Shown in pieces: positions 1 through 13,783 of a stretch of DNA of 64,000 nucleotides. How positions within the stretch are numbered: position 1 is the stretch's first letter; each line of letters starts with the position of its first letter. Under the pieces are notes generated by a model. That model saw only the letters and a program-made list of their open reading frames with translations, did no database searches and was not told the DNA's origin. Position numbers and translations under genes: made by a program. Origin of the DNA: Adineta vaga (taxonomy: Eukaryota; Animalia; Rotifera); contig CP075495.1 of assembly GCA_021613535.1 (NCBI GenBank), forward strand, positions 3,348,001 to 3,412,000, written 5' to 3'.

Positions 1-39
1 ATTTGAATTTCTTTCTTTTTTTTATTTTGTTTTAGTTAA

Positions 40-1694
40 ATGATGACTAGCAAACGTGATGTATTTGTGAAAACAATCGCAACACGTCGTAGTGTCTATT
101 CACAGGATCGTCTTGAACAAATTTTAAGTGAATCAATTCAAGCCAAAGAAAAGGAACCGGGTGATCGAACAGCAAAAGATTATCGTCGTATTAAACGTTT
201 TGATATTGTTGATGTTCAAGGAAAACAACGGTTAGTGGCTGCACGAACAGATAATGATGATAAAGATATACGATTCTTTGTTTCAATTGAAGAAATGTAT
301 GATATTATTGATTATACACATAAGAAAATGAATCATGGAGGTCGAGATCGTTTATGGCCTATTTTGTCAAAACAATATGCAAATATTCCACGTGAAGTTA
401 TTCAAACATATTTAAAAATGTGTGATTATTGTTGTAAAAGACGTAAACGTATCAATACAGATAATACGAATGAAAATGGAAATACTAGTTTACATAATGA
501 AACAAATCATTTAATGGATACAAGTTTAACAAATATTGTTCATGATATTCCAACATTACAACAGCAGACAAATATTATTAAACATGAACAGCAACAGATA
601 GGAACACCATCACCACCTATTGTTTTACATAATAATACAAATACTACTCTTCATCAACAACAACCAATTGAAAATATATTCGATGGAGGTATGACGATAA
701 AGAAAAACAAAAATTCTTCATCATAATACTCATCTGATAGTACCTTTAGCTAAAAAACCTATTTTGTTTCTATGTAAACTAAGAGAAAATTTTCTATTAC
801 ACAAAATGAGACATCTCCTATCTCTAGTTCATATTACTTCAGGCAAAGAATGATTTCTCATATGACACGTTCTTTTTTTCTAGCAAATACACATGTAATG
901 AATCGTTTATGTGAATATGATTTAATTGATTTACAAAATGCTCATGATGGTGATCATGGTTTTGTTCTTGTATATCAAGATTATTTAACAAAATTTACTC
1001 AATTACGTCCATTAAAAAGTAAATCACATGCGGAATTAGGTACAACATTAATGGATATTTTCTGCATATTTGGTCCACCACTTGTCTTACAATCTAGTGC
1101 TGATCTTCATATTGAAAATTCTTCAATTCAACAGACCCTTGAAGCTGTTTGGCCCGGTAAATAATTTTATTATCGGAATCAAACATAAATTATCAACATT
1201 TTATTTGTTCTTAACTTATAGGTATTCGTCTTTATCAAGATGATTCATCTCAATGGCGTGAATCAGCAAAACTCCGTAATGAACAAATACGTTCAATGAT
1301 TGCAGCTTGGATGTTTGTTAACAACAATCCACGTTGGTCATATGGATTAAAATTTGTACAATTAACATTAAATTCAAATATTAATAATGAATTAAAACGT
1401 TCACCATATGAAGCATTGTTCAAAATGTTACCAGTTCTAAGACCAGCAACAGTTACTTTATCATCTTCAACGACAGATTCTTCTTTACAACATCAGCAAC
1501 AACAACAACAAGCACAACAACATCATCATCATCATCATCATCATTCACAATTACTTCAACCAAATGCAGCAGTCGTTCCACCTTCATCACATTCCCCATC
1601 GGGTAGTGCCACTGAAGGTGATTTCGTGACACCTAATGTGAATATTCTTCCTTCGACAATATCTTCATCGGATCGAATAAAAGCAGAAATGTAA
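40..1694 (+). CDS. KRBA2/SCAND3-like integrase-derived protein (H2C2 zinc module + degenerate rve core), multi-exon
   Basis: ORFs 40-726, 850-1164 and 1296-1694 join via GT-AG introns (donors 689, 774, 1157). Motifs: HKKMNHGGRDR...CDYC, DLIDLQ, YQDYLTKFTQLRPLKSK, IFCIFGPPLVLQS, WSYGLKFVQ...N...SPYEALF. C-terminal polyQ/polyH. Confidence 0.8.
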
Positions 1695-2330
1695 AATCTC
1701 TTTGTACAAAAATCAAAGAAAAAATTCTCTCTCTTTCTCTTTTTGTTGATGTTGTTTTTCTTTGTTGTTATTTTCTTTTTTTTTCTTGTTTTGTTTACTT
1801 ACTTTCTGTCTGTCTCAAAGAGTCTCTCTGTCAAACTTGATATGAAGAATGATGATGAGAAATTAAACAACAAAAAAACCTCCCCAAAAAAGCCAAGAAT
1901 TCCTCCTTCTTTTTATCCATTCAAAAAAAACCTGTTTTGTTCTTCCATATGAAATTTTTTTTTCTCTCTTTATATATTTTTTTTCCTTCAAACTGAAAAA
2001 CAAAGATTTTTTTCTGGCGTAATCTCTCTTTCTTTTTTTTATACGCAGTGGTGTTTCTCTTTCTTTCCATCTGGTCAGGTGTTTTCGTGTGTGTGTGTGT
2101 GTGTGTATGTATAACTTTACCGTTTTTTCTCTTTTTTGTTATTATTATTATTATTTTTTTGTTTCGTGCTTGTAACCATACTCGAGCGGACTAAAAGTGA
2201 TGAGAAATATGTCTAAATGACTAAGAGTACGAGAGTAATGTGATGAAATACGAGACAAATGATGGAAAAGAAAGTTTTTATAAAAAAAAATAAAATAAAG
2301 ACAAGAGAAAAAGTGAATGGTTTTATTTAC

Positions 2331-3761
2331 CCGACTGACAACTTCAGCTAGTTCACGCCATTCTGAATTATAACCAGTAAAACCACCTAATGGTTTCAAT
2401 AAACGATCCTAAAAGTATACAGATTTTATCTTCAAATAAAAGAATAAAATTTAAGTTGCTTACAGATGGATCAGTATGAGCCTCGGTAGATCCACGTAAG
2501 GTATCGTTGAGCATGGTACGACAATCAATTATAGCCGTAGGATACTAAAAGATAGGTTAGGTATTTTGACATTTTATTGATAAGATTTCTGTCTAGTATT
2601 TGTTTTCTAAAACTAAGTCATGTCTCTAATATATATTTATAAGATTTCGAATGATTATTTAAGTTTTCTCAAGATTAAAAACAACATATGACCATCATTG
2701 GTCGACTATCCTAGTCGAAAAAAAACCAAAGTCAAAGAGAACTAAAACATGTAAATTATCTCTCGTCAAGGTATATGATACTTTTTTCTTATTTCCATTT
2801 TGTGGCTGTTCATTGAGTGATGAAGTTGTTTTCACTGATGATACTTTCACAAATGAAAGTGCCATTTCTTCGACAGAACTAACTGAATGTTGAGTACTAA
2901 TGATACCTGATTGTTGCTACCAAGAATAAAATGAAAACAAGAAGAATTAAATTCATTTTAAAAATATTTATACACAAGAAGAGTTTACTTGAGAACCTGA
3001 GTGTGAAATAGAGTTTGTTTGAGATTTTTCTGAATTAGATCGATTGAGTTTTCTTGTCTGAGTTAATTTTCGTACAACCTCTCCAACAGTTGGAGGACGT
3101 TGAACTGTACCGGTAGCTACTTCTGTTCCATTATTAATTACACGTGGTAATGATGGAACATTACTACGACGAGACGTTGATTGAGCACTTAATCAGAACA
3201 GGACTGAATTTTAAACATAAAACAGTCTTGTAACTTACCTAGCTAATTTAGCAGAGAGTTTACTTGTAAATGCAGCTGTTGGTGCAATCTTCTTTGTTAG
3301 TTTTGGATATCGATTGAATTTGACATAAAAATATGACCTAATGCAGAATAAAACGTAAATATTTTTCGATCTTCTATTCTATGAGAAAAAAGAACATACT
3401 CATATTCCTGAAGTATTGTGTCAAGGCCAATATTATCACAAACATCATATTTACTAACATCAAGATTCGTTTCATGCTCAAGTTCTCGTGCAGATTCGAT
3501 GTAACTAAAATGAAAAGAAAAAGTATAATTCCTATTGAAGATCAAAACAACTCGATATACCCTTCTTCAGCAAGCCATTGTAATACGAGAACAATTAAGT
3601 TTCTTTTTCGATTTTCAATTCGTAAATCATCCTAGATCAAATGAAGAAAAAAAAGAATCGATTTGTGTGTGTGTGAAAGACAAATAAGCCTAGGTCTTTA
3701 CCGCTTCACGCACTGCATGTGTAGTTCGAATACTCTGATAATTCAATGTTGCTTCTGCCAT
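2331..3761 (-). CDS. KATNAL2: Katanin p60 subunit A-like 2, N-terminal (LisH-containing) exons only; AAA domain absent from window
   Basis: Spliced translation: MAEATLNYQSIR...RKRNLIVLVLQWLAEEGYIESARELEHETNLDVSKYDVCDNIGLDTILQEYESYFYVKFNRYPKLTKK...DRLLKPLGGFTGYNSEWRELAEVVSR, followed by a GT donor at 2330. Confidence 0.8.
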
Positions 3762-3902
3762 AATATATGTTTTTTTTTCGAACGGTTACATCGAAAATAT
3801 AAATCTACCACAGGTGTAAAAACATTTCATTTCATTCAAGACGAACTACGAATAATAATTACTTGGTTACCGACGTAAAAGGATTTCAAATTTCGAATAG
3901 AT

Positions 3903-3916
3903 GTCGTTATGGAAAT
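3903..3916 (-). promoter_or_regulatory. Putative RFX X-box upstream of KATNAL2
   Basis: ATTTCCATAACGAC fits the relaxed consensus RYYNYYWWRRNRAC, about 140 nt upstream of the ATG. Confidence 0.4.
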
Positions 3917-6868
3917 CGAACGAATTAATCGATTATAATGGAACGCCTAACCTAAGCTATAACATATTCTGAGTTTTTTGTTTTCAAAGTTACATATAGA
4001 TCTAAAAGATTCATCATGAAAGACAATACATGAATTGTCTTTTCCAAAATTGTTTCATTCAATAAATATTAGTGTTTATATCTCTAGTGACTATAACCAA
4101 GCGAATTGATCAATTCATACTGCATTTTGTTTTATATCAACAACAGAAAAATTATGAAATTCACTAGATAGATTGTAATGTAAACATAGAAATTTCTTAA
4201 TTTCATTCCGTTTGGTAAATTTTATTCAGGTAATATCATTCAAACGATGCAACTTCCTCATGAAAACAATAAAACATTTCTATTTCTAATTCAAATACTT
4301 CTTATACAAACAATATGAACATTTGTTTTTTTGTTTTCTCTTTAGATATACTTTTCATTGTATTTGTCTTCATTTGGAAATCCAGGAACATTCTATTGAA
4401 TAGAAAATTAGGTCTAGAGAATACATGCCGATATACTTAGTACTTCTATCGATTTGTCGAGTATTATTTTAAGGAAAACATATTCTCAGAACCTTTTTGT
4501 TTGACGTACTTTGAACAAGATGAAAAATAGAAATTTAATCGAGTTTGCCACACATTCATTATTGTTTTGGAAAAGTTTCTTGCATGATAATATAGGAAAT
4601 AGATAATTTTGAATTTAACCTTGCATCAATTTGTTTATCAACAAAAACATTTCCTAATTATATAAATTTCAAGGATAATTCTATTCTGTTATGATTTCTG
4701 TAGATAAAATGATGATCTATTTCAACTGAATTCTGTTTTCAATTAAATTTCAAGAGAAATCAACTACAATGTGATGTTTTTCATTTAGTCTCATGACGTA
4801 TTACACATTCAATAGAAATTCATTTGCCACACAGATACATCACAATATCTCTAGAGATTTTCTTTCTCACGATAGCGTATTTTGGAAGATACCAATGTTC
4901 TGATTTGTAATTATTTGTATCTACAAATAGAAGATTTCCTATTCTCAATTTATTCTTCTTTTTTCTTTTATGAGTACATTTCTTTGATCTCTAGTGAATG
5001 AAAATTACACACATTTGTCATGAATTTTATTTGAATAGAGAATGCCGTCGCTTGAGTTCAAAATTTGATAAAATCAAAGAGATATAAATGAATGGTAGAA
5101 TATTCAAGAAATTAAATATGAACTAATGATCAATATGAGTTATTCGAGAGATAAGCAAAACTATGCAGAAAACGAACGAACGCAAAGGATTAACTGGTTT
5201 TACTCTTTGCACTCGTAATATTAATAAAGAGCGTGATATCTTGAGAGTGTATTTGGTACACTCCATATCTGTTTTATGAAAAAAAGTAGATTACATAAAT
5301 ATCAGCAATCGTATTGGGTCTTCGTGATATTTTACTCAGAGCAACGTTTCCTATAAATATGCAAATTACTCTCTATTAAAATTTCATAAAATACATTAAT
5401 CATATTCATTTTACATGAATACTAAAGAATAGACAAGAGAGATCCATCATCAATGATTCACATGTTTCGAAAACTATTGGTTTGGAGTGATTAATTGGAT
5501 AGAAAAATGGATGATTATGTATATTGTGATAATAACGCAGATATCTACTGTTTGATAGATCATACATATTCTCAATAGTACTGTGATCACACAATACAAA
5601 TAATATATGACTATCATTTATTACTTTTTTTTACCCTTCCTTCCATTCTCAGATAGATTCTGTTTTCATACAATAACGTCTTTTATTTTTCTTCGAATGT
5701 CTATCAAGGATCACATCCGTTTACACAACATATATATATACTCAAGTGCTATTATTATTCTTTCGTTTCTATATGTTTCATTGATGATGAAACATTGTAG
5801 TTCATCATTAACAATTTCCGAGAGAAAAAAACAACAATAACAATGTGATGTTCTTCTCTTAAGATATTCGTCATTTGATATAAATATATATATATATATA
5901 TATATGTATGTTCTTCTTCCTTGAATTTTACAAGATATTTTTTATCCATAATCGAGCTAGGTTTACCATAGATTTATGTTATTATGTATAATTTTCTTTG
6001 TTCCTTTTGTTGCGGTTATCTCAAACCGTTTAGGGAGTTTTCAAACAACAGTCCTTTGAATAGAAAACATGAAAATGCTCTATTAGAATTAATCATAAGT
6101 TCTATGCATTTACTAAAACAGAACACATCGTTGGTAGAAAATAACAAAGAGAGGGAGAGAAATTACTTTACTGATTAGTTTTTGTTGCGTGCATTTTCTT
6201 GATTCTTGTGACCGGTCTATAATGCGTAAAAGAAGAGCGAAAGAGAGGGAGGAGAGAGAGAAAGAAAGAGTACATTATTTACTCTTAGTTTCTCTTTTTT
6301 CCTTAATAAATGAGATATTTTAAAGACAAACATGTCTTGTTATTTTCTCTTTTTTCTCTTTCACAGGAACATTCATTGATTTTTCTAATGTAAGTTATTC
6401 ACTTTCAATTCAGACATTATAGCTCAATCTTCACATCCATACCATCATTGTTCATCTCTATATCAATGCTTCAATTTCCGTTCTCTATCATCATTTTAGT
6501 GAATACATACATTAATGTCCGATAAATCTAACATAATAGTATTCTATTCAATCGACAAGAGAAACATCTCCGAAGTGCGATCAGTCTCTTTCTTTGTTAT
6601 TTTTGAGAGTTTTAAAAAGAACACAATGCTCTATAGTCTTACATTGAACTTTAGGAACTAATATTGTAGAAGAAAAATTTCATTCCACCTACGAATATGA
6701 GTCAAGTGACCGTTAAAAATATGACTTGTTTGTTTTTTCATGCTGATATTTCTCTAGAGAATTTTGTTCTTTTTTCTTTTATATTTTAGCATATCTTTGT
6801 ACTCTCCTCACTTACACACACATACACACACGACAAATCTCATACTTTTATTAACAGATTCAATAACA

Positions 6869-7734
6869 ATGATGAAAACAATTCCATCTTTCTATGCCAT
6901 TCTCATTTCCTCATTAGTCGTATTCATACATGCGAATATGGATGAACTTCATCAACCAGCATGGTTAGCCGGTTCTCATCATAATCAACTTCGTTTATAT
7001 AAGAAATGGCTTGAACGAAAACCAATCGATGCACGTGCCGTATCATCACCCTACAATGTCTTACATCCAACTCATCAATTTAAAGGTATGTAGTAACATG
7101 AATACTTTGTTATTATGGAAAACTCTTTTAGGCTGTATTGATCCATCGGAACCATTTCAGTGTCCACAAAGTGAGAAATGCATTGCTCTTCAATTCATTT
7201 GCGATGGAAATCCGGGTGATTGTCCTGGAAATCTTGATGAAAACGAAGAAACATGCATTGCTGGTAAATTGATTTGTTAATTGATATGCTTTGTTTTTCT
7301 ATTAATTGAATGATTATTTTTTAGCTAAACGACCAGCCAAAGAAAATATCGAAAAATTTCTTCAAGCTGAATATGCTTTACATGGTTCGAAATTATTTAC
7401 ATTTTTATTTGGACATAAAATTTCGAAAAGTATTGAAGAAAATAGTTTATACTGGTTTGATACTCTTGCATCAGCATTTTCGGGTAAATAGGAGAAAAAA
7501 AAGGAGAAAGCAAGAATTCATTATTAGTTTTTGTTTCTAGTGGCAAAAACGATTCGAAATTTTGCTGAAAAAACTCAAATGTCTTCAGATGATCTTGCAC
7601 ATTTTCAAAATGTTGTTCAAATGATTCATGATGGTCGTTTAGAAGAAATTCCTGTATATGCCCAAGAAGCTGTCAATCAAGGTCTTGCCTCGTTAATTGA
7701 AAAACTCTATGAATCAGGATTTATGGATCAATAA
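6869..7734 (+). CDS. Prohormone-4 / IDLSRF-like neuropeptide precursor with LDLa domain, 4 exons
   Basis: Signal peptide MMKTIPSFYAILISSLVVFIHA. QLRLYKKWLERK segment. LDLa CIDPSEPFQCPQSEKCIALQFICDGNPGDCPGNLDENEETC followed by AKRPAKENIEKFL...LFG. Confidence 0.75.
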
Positions 7735-8229
7735 AAAAAAATCCACAAAACTCGACTCCAAATGATAAACAAATCATTCTTTTAATTGTTTATGTACGAG
7801 AAAGAAAGAAATATATACATATACATATGTCTTTTAATTATCTACTATTTCTGCAGAAATATTTAGCAGAAAAAATAAATCCTCATGATCGGTAATTCTT
7901 CAATTAAAATTTATGAGAAAACTAAACATAAGAATTGAATATTCACGGAAAATTATCGATAAAAATGTTTGTATTTCATCGAAATTAAATTGACTAAATG
8001 ATATTTATACTTCGTTTTCTTTCCATTTATGAATCAAATATCTAATGAGCATAATTTATAAGTACAAATCAGACGGAAACTATTCAAAAATACAAATTTT
8101 GAGAATCAATATTATTTTATAATTATCTTTTCTTTGTTTTCAAGAGTGATGTCGCAGAAAGTTTGAAAATGAATTTATTTCAAAGAAAGAACTAATTATA
8201 CATATATAAACGCATTGTCAAAATCATAA

Positions 8230-8412
8230 ATCGAAGAAAATCAGATGTTTTGTCGAGTATTTAAAGCTTGTAGAAAATCACGGAAGTATAGTAATACTGG
8301 AAAGTCTAAAATCGGTACATGATTGAATTTTATGACATTAAAAAAAGTCCAATTAATGTCATTGAAACGGTATATTCTTGTTTCGTCGGAAAACACTCTG
8401 ATTTCTTGCGAT
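8230..8412. repeat. Degenerate inverted repeat, possible old MITE
   Basis: atcgaagaaaatcagatgttttgtcga (8230-8256) pairs imperfectly with tcggaaaacactctgatttcttgcgat (8386-8412). Inner atgacatta/taatgtcat stem. Confidence 0.35.
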
Positions 8413-10079
8413 GTGCTTTGATGTGTGTATGTCCTATAATCTTGTCTCTATCGACGAAATGATAATTTACCCATTGAAACAAGAGTAATCAAATATGAGC
8501 AAGTTTTCATCATCATCATCCTAGAAACGTTTTATATTAATGAAATCTATTGATTTGGATTAGATCATATCGATTTTTCTAATCATAATAATACACACAA
8601 CTCATAAACTACAAATTACTTAACATCGATGTAATCGTTCTGAGTAATGTGTCGCATGTTTCCTACGTAAATTAAATGACAATATTCTATATGCATGAAA
8701 AGTTTTCATTTCACTGATCTATTCATTAAACGATGATATATTGTCACATGTCAGTCTCGGTCTATCATATTCTTTACATCAAATCATATAGAGTACAATC
8801 ACCTTCAGGTAAGATATATCGTTTTTCTCGTACTATTCAATCGTGACCTTCATATACCAAAACTATACAAACATAACATACTCATATCAAATCATAATTT
8901 TTTCTATCCAATATTTATATGAACGAACTTAATCCAGAGAAAAAAAGCTGCATGTTTTATTTGTCTGTATATTTGTACACGTCATAACTAACGTGTATGG
9001 CGTCATTTCTTCCTTTATCAGTTAAATAGAAAGAGTCAAGATGCCACAAGTAGATACGCTTATCATGATTATTTTGTTTGAAAAAAAAATTATGTCTAAT
9101 CAGTATAATCATCCATGAAAAGAACGTTTACTCGAACCGTCTAAATATAATCTTTATTCTTTTCAGCAACGATTTTGTAATTGAGAAAGATTGCATCATC
9201 CTGTCTTCAATTAAATATATATGATTGCAAATGATGAGTAAGTTATATTGCAACAAATAATCGTCACGATCGATCTGTATAAGATTCATTTTTGAATTTG
9301 TCCTTAAATACACAGTCTAGAATAATATTGTTGTTTGTTTTTTCATCTAACGAAGGGTGCTTTAGTTACATATCGAACTGAAAACTCATCGAGGACTAAA
9401 AACATTCAAACAAAATTTTCACGTAGGAGGCGTGGTATTTGTTATTTCAATCATACCTCCTTTTTCTTCTTACGATTTCAACCATCGTACACTTTTGATT
9501 CTTCTATTGACACAGTTGCACTTATCTCGGATATACAACACGTTTATCGGTCTTTTTCTCTTACTTCATCGAATGATGCAATGTACATTTTTACACCACG
9601 TTAAATTTCTTCAATTATTAAAAATAATTTTCCTAAACAACGAAAATAGATTAATTATAAACTATTGTTTTCATCAGTCAACTAACATATAGATAGCATA
9701 AGACGATTGTCAGATGTATGAATATAAGTATTTTTCTCGCGTCACTTATGTCTAACATTACGTTTCTTATTATTTTTTTGTGTGTTGATGTCTAGTGACG
9801 AAGAATGGAAAAAATACGAGAGGAAAGAAAACAGCGAATCAGAGGAAAAAAGACATTTCTATACAGAAAGAAGACAGACAATCACGCGCGTGCAGAATGA
9901 CATCCTCATAGGCGTATGCGTGTTTCAGACAAAATTGTAAAAAAAAACCCGTCGATTCTCGTGACTAATACACGCTTGCACTCACTCATATATATCCAAA
10001 CGATAGCATCAAATGGTAGAAAAAATTACGTTGCTGTTGTTATAGAAAAACAAGTCATAGATCTCGGTGAACTAATACA

Positions 10080-11888
10080 ATGAGGTCAGTGATTCTTTGA
10101 TTTCTTTTTTTCAAAAATTTAATAATGATAATTTTCCTTGTTTTTTTTGTCGTTATAGAACAATTTTACAAAGTACTCGAAATATCGATCATATTCGTTT
10201 TAATTTAACGCTTGTTCGACAGTAAGTCTTTTCTTCAAATATATATATATCATATATTTGTAAATTTTGATTTGATTTTTTCTTCAGTGCTGAAACACAT
10301 GCAAATGCTGATGGTATTATTCAAGGTTTAATTGATACTGAATTATCTACAATTGGCTATCTTCAATCTCAAGCACTTGGTCGACATCTTCAATATCATC
10401 GTTTTACAAACATCTATTCAAGTGATTTAAAACGAGCAGCGGAGGTATGTCGCTTTCTTGTGTCAATTAAGTTAACAGGTGCATTCTTTCTCATTCGTCA
10501 CAAGGTGAAGAGTTAAGAACATGCACTAGTCATTCTTATCATTATTTTATTTATAACATCAGAAGAATCGTATTGTCATAACCACATATCTTTGTATTTG
10601 TTTTCATACGAAAAAAGAACGCTATAAAAATAGTTATTTCTAGATATTAAAAGGAGGCATTCTTTCTTCTCATCGAGAGACATCGTTTGGACGTTTTGTA
10701 TTCTATAATTGCAGACAAATCACACATACTAAAAAGCTACTTTCAGAAATAATTCTACTAATAAAAAATATTAAGCTTATTGTGCCATGAGAAAAAGTCA
10801 GTCTCTATATTTCCGATTTCTAAAAATAATAAAGCAGATGTATATCTAGAAAAACATGCGTTCTGCACTGTATCTTATCTCTGGTGGTAAACACATATAT
10901 ATTTACATTATTTTTTTATTTTGTGTTTTATCTTTTTTTCCCATAGACTGCTCGTCAAATACGTTCTCTAAATCGTGTTACATCATGTGATATTCAATAT
11001 GATATCCTTCTACGTGAACGTGTATGTATCAATTCATAGATTTTCATAGAAAAATAATTCAAATAAAATTCATTTCAGATGTATGGTATTGCACAAGGTC
11101 GAACACGACAATGGTTACGTGAATTAGCAAAAGAAAACGGCGTACCTTATGTTAATTTTACTCCATCTGGCGCTGAAACTTCTGCTCAAGTACGTGAACG
11201 TGCTGTTTCATTTTTTCAACAATTATGCCATGAATTACTTCAAAAATATGGGGCTAATTCCTCCACACCATCTTCTATACGTGCATCATTCCCAAAACAA
11301 AATGATTGTCAACCATTATCACGCAGTGTGTCATCAGAAAATTTAAGTCCATCGTTACAATCCATTCCAAAATCAACTCGGAAACGTTCATTATCAACAG
11401 GTGACTATCAATCTGAATTATCGTCAGATGTGCCATTGACTCGGTCACATTATTCATCGACTGATTCTGCATTGGATCTTTCGTCTATATCGTCTGATCA
11501 ACAATCTATTGCATCGTCTACATCGATTATTTCTCGAAATAGTAGTTTTGAAAAACATCGAATGCTTTGGAGAGGTTCACCACGTTCACCATATGAAAAT
11601 GATTTTTCTAATCTTGATGTATTAATGGTTAGTCATGGTGCTGTCATTCGTGAATTAATTAAATATTTTGCCTGTGATTTACAAACTGATATTGGTAAAC
11701 ATTTAGATACAATTCAAGATATAGCACCAAATACATCCATAACACGATTTGAAGTAACCTATTCAATGAATAATGAACTTATTCCAACAACATCACTTAA
11801 ACTTATTGATTATCATCAAAAAATACATTTAATGAACACAATTAATGATGAATATAATTTGGATGTTGTTAATAAATGTAATCTATAA
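10080..11888 (+). CDS. TIGAR: Histidine phosphatase, TIGAR/fructose-2,6-bisphosphatase-like, 5 exons
   Basis: Spliced MRTILQ...FNLTLVRHAETHANADGIIQG...IYSSDLKRAAETA...LRERMYG...VSHG...PNTSITRF. Confidence 0.75.
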
Positions 11889-13170
11889 TTTCATTTCATT
11901 TCAATTTACTTTTTTTTTCTCCATCTGTATACATATAGAAATGTATGTCAGATAAGAAATGTCTTCTTTCTTTTTATCTAAAATAAATTCAATTTTTATT
12001 GCTATGTTATTCATATGAAAATGAAAATTCAAAAACAAATATACATAGAACTTTCATTGAATTATCTAAAAACGAAGTTAATCTATTTAGATATTTGTTG
12101 ATTAAATCATATTAGGATCATATGGAAAGAAATCTGACAACAACAATAGATATATACTTGTCTTCAAATTGTTAGAATTGACGAGTTATTCGATTAGAGT
12201 ATATATGTTCTCTGCTGTTCGGAATACTCGACAACGGTTTTCAACAACTGTTCTATCCTAGCATTTGTTTGTCTTTTATAGGATGGAGGAACAGACATCT
12301 ATATCATTTTTTTATATATCGTATCTATCCATTTATCTAACTCGTCCTCTCTTTTCTAGAAAAATAATAAACGAGATATTTTGTAACACTTTTACAAAGA
12401 AATCCTTCGGGTAAGTAGAGAACTTCTAGGTGAAAATATTTCAATATGATTGAAAAGAATTTCTCATGAGAGATCTGTTTTAATACTGCATGATTTATTT
12501 ATTTTTTCGAAGGAGAAAAGAAATAAACCATTGTTGATCTTGAAGAAGAATAGTAAAAGAAAATGAAACATTATTTCCCCTACTGGCTGTTTTCATATAT
12601 ATATATATATAATATGTCTTGGTGTTCACCAAGTAATTGTTCTTTTTCATAGATTCTTTTAATTTCTATTTGCTCTTTCACAAAAGTAAGTTAATCGAAG
12701 TCATAAGAATGAAATTGTATCAATGACGACAATGTTAATCAATTGTTATTGGAAACGATGCGAAAGATGAAGATACGTTTTTCTTCCTGATTCTTACGCT
12801 AGAATATGTTATGCTTAAAGCTTTCTGGTCTGAGCTATTCTTATTCTCTTTTTCTTGGTTTTTTTTTTCATTGACAATCAAGCAATAGCAATCTGTAATA
12901 ATAATAAGAAGAAGATGTTCGCTACTAACGCCTTCACAACAGCTAATCTATGCTAAATAGAGATCTCGTCTCATCTTCCTTGAATGTAAACAAGAGCACA
13001 TGTTAATAAGGCATATCGAATGAGTGGCTTATGACGATCGTACTAACTGTGATGATGATATGAATCGAAAAGGAATAAAACAATGTTTAGTTTAACATTA
13101 ACATGTATATATATATACATGTCATAAGAAGTCTTTTTCTTTTTCTTCTAGATTTCTTGTTATTATTATT

Positions 13171-13506
13171 ATGTTGTTCTTTCGACGACGAGAAACTTCA
13201 GTTACTCAATCACGCTTGAGCGATCAAGAACGATGTATACATGCATTTCTATTTTTTGCATTTGTTATACTGATTATAACAATTGTTTTATTCTATTTTG
13301 CTGCAACAACTAAAGGTCCCAATGAACAACGTCTTTATTATTATATTGGCGCAAGTATTAGTCTAATATTTCTTCTCTTAATTATCATTGCAACAATTAC
13401 ATATGTTCGACGATTTTATGGAAATTCATTATCGTCGACACAACAGCAAGGTATTATATCCAATGATGAATTTAACAGTGCACGATATCCAACGTATCAT
13501 CCGTGA
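13171..13506 (+). CDS. Small orphan two-TM membrane protein (111 aa)
   Basis: Two hydrophobic helices with a short loop. Splice acceptor about 20 nt upstream of the ATG. Codon usage resembles neighbouring genes. Confidence 0.55.
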   Translation: MLFFRRRETSVTQSRLSDQERCIHAFLFFAFVILIITIVLFYFAATTKGPNEQRLYYYIGASISLIFLLLIIIATITYVRRFYGNSLSSTQQQGIISNDEFNSARYPTYHP

Positions 13507-13756
13507 TCATTCATTTGCTTTTTTCTCAAATGATTCAATAATTCGAATTGCGATATATATATATATATATATTTATACAGAAAATCGATATTCAACTCCT
13601 ACAAAACTGTTTTGATCGTATTAAATATTCTTATTGTATTTGAAATTCAAACAAAATTATTCTATAATAGAATAGAACAAAAGAAATCTATGTTATTTCA
13701 TTCATTATCAATCTATCTGAAAAATATCTTTAGAATTCATCATCTGAAGCTATAAG

Positions 13757-13783
13757 ACACACACACACACGCGCGCGCGCGCG
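13757..13783. repeat. (AC)n(GC)n alternating purine-pyrimidine microsatellite
   Basis: acacacacacacacgcgcgcgcgcgc directly visible. Confidence 0.8.

Noticed and set aside
1743-1952. 69-aa hydrophobic ORF
   Set aside because: T-rich 3' UTR sequence with a non-ATG start and low complexity.
3950-6700. Hidden gene or RNA gene in the long intergenic region
   Set aside because: Only short low-complexity ORFs. No tRNA, rRNA or snRNA pattern was recognised by eye; a covariance-model scan would be needed to exclude one.
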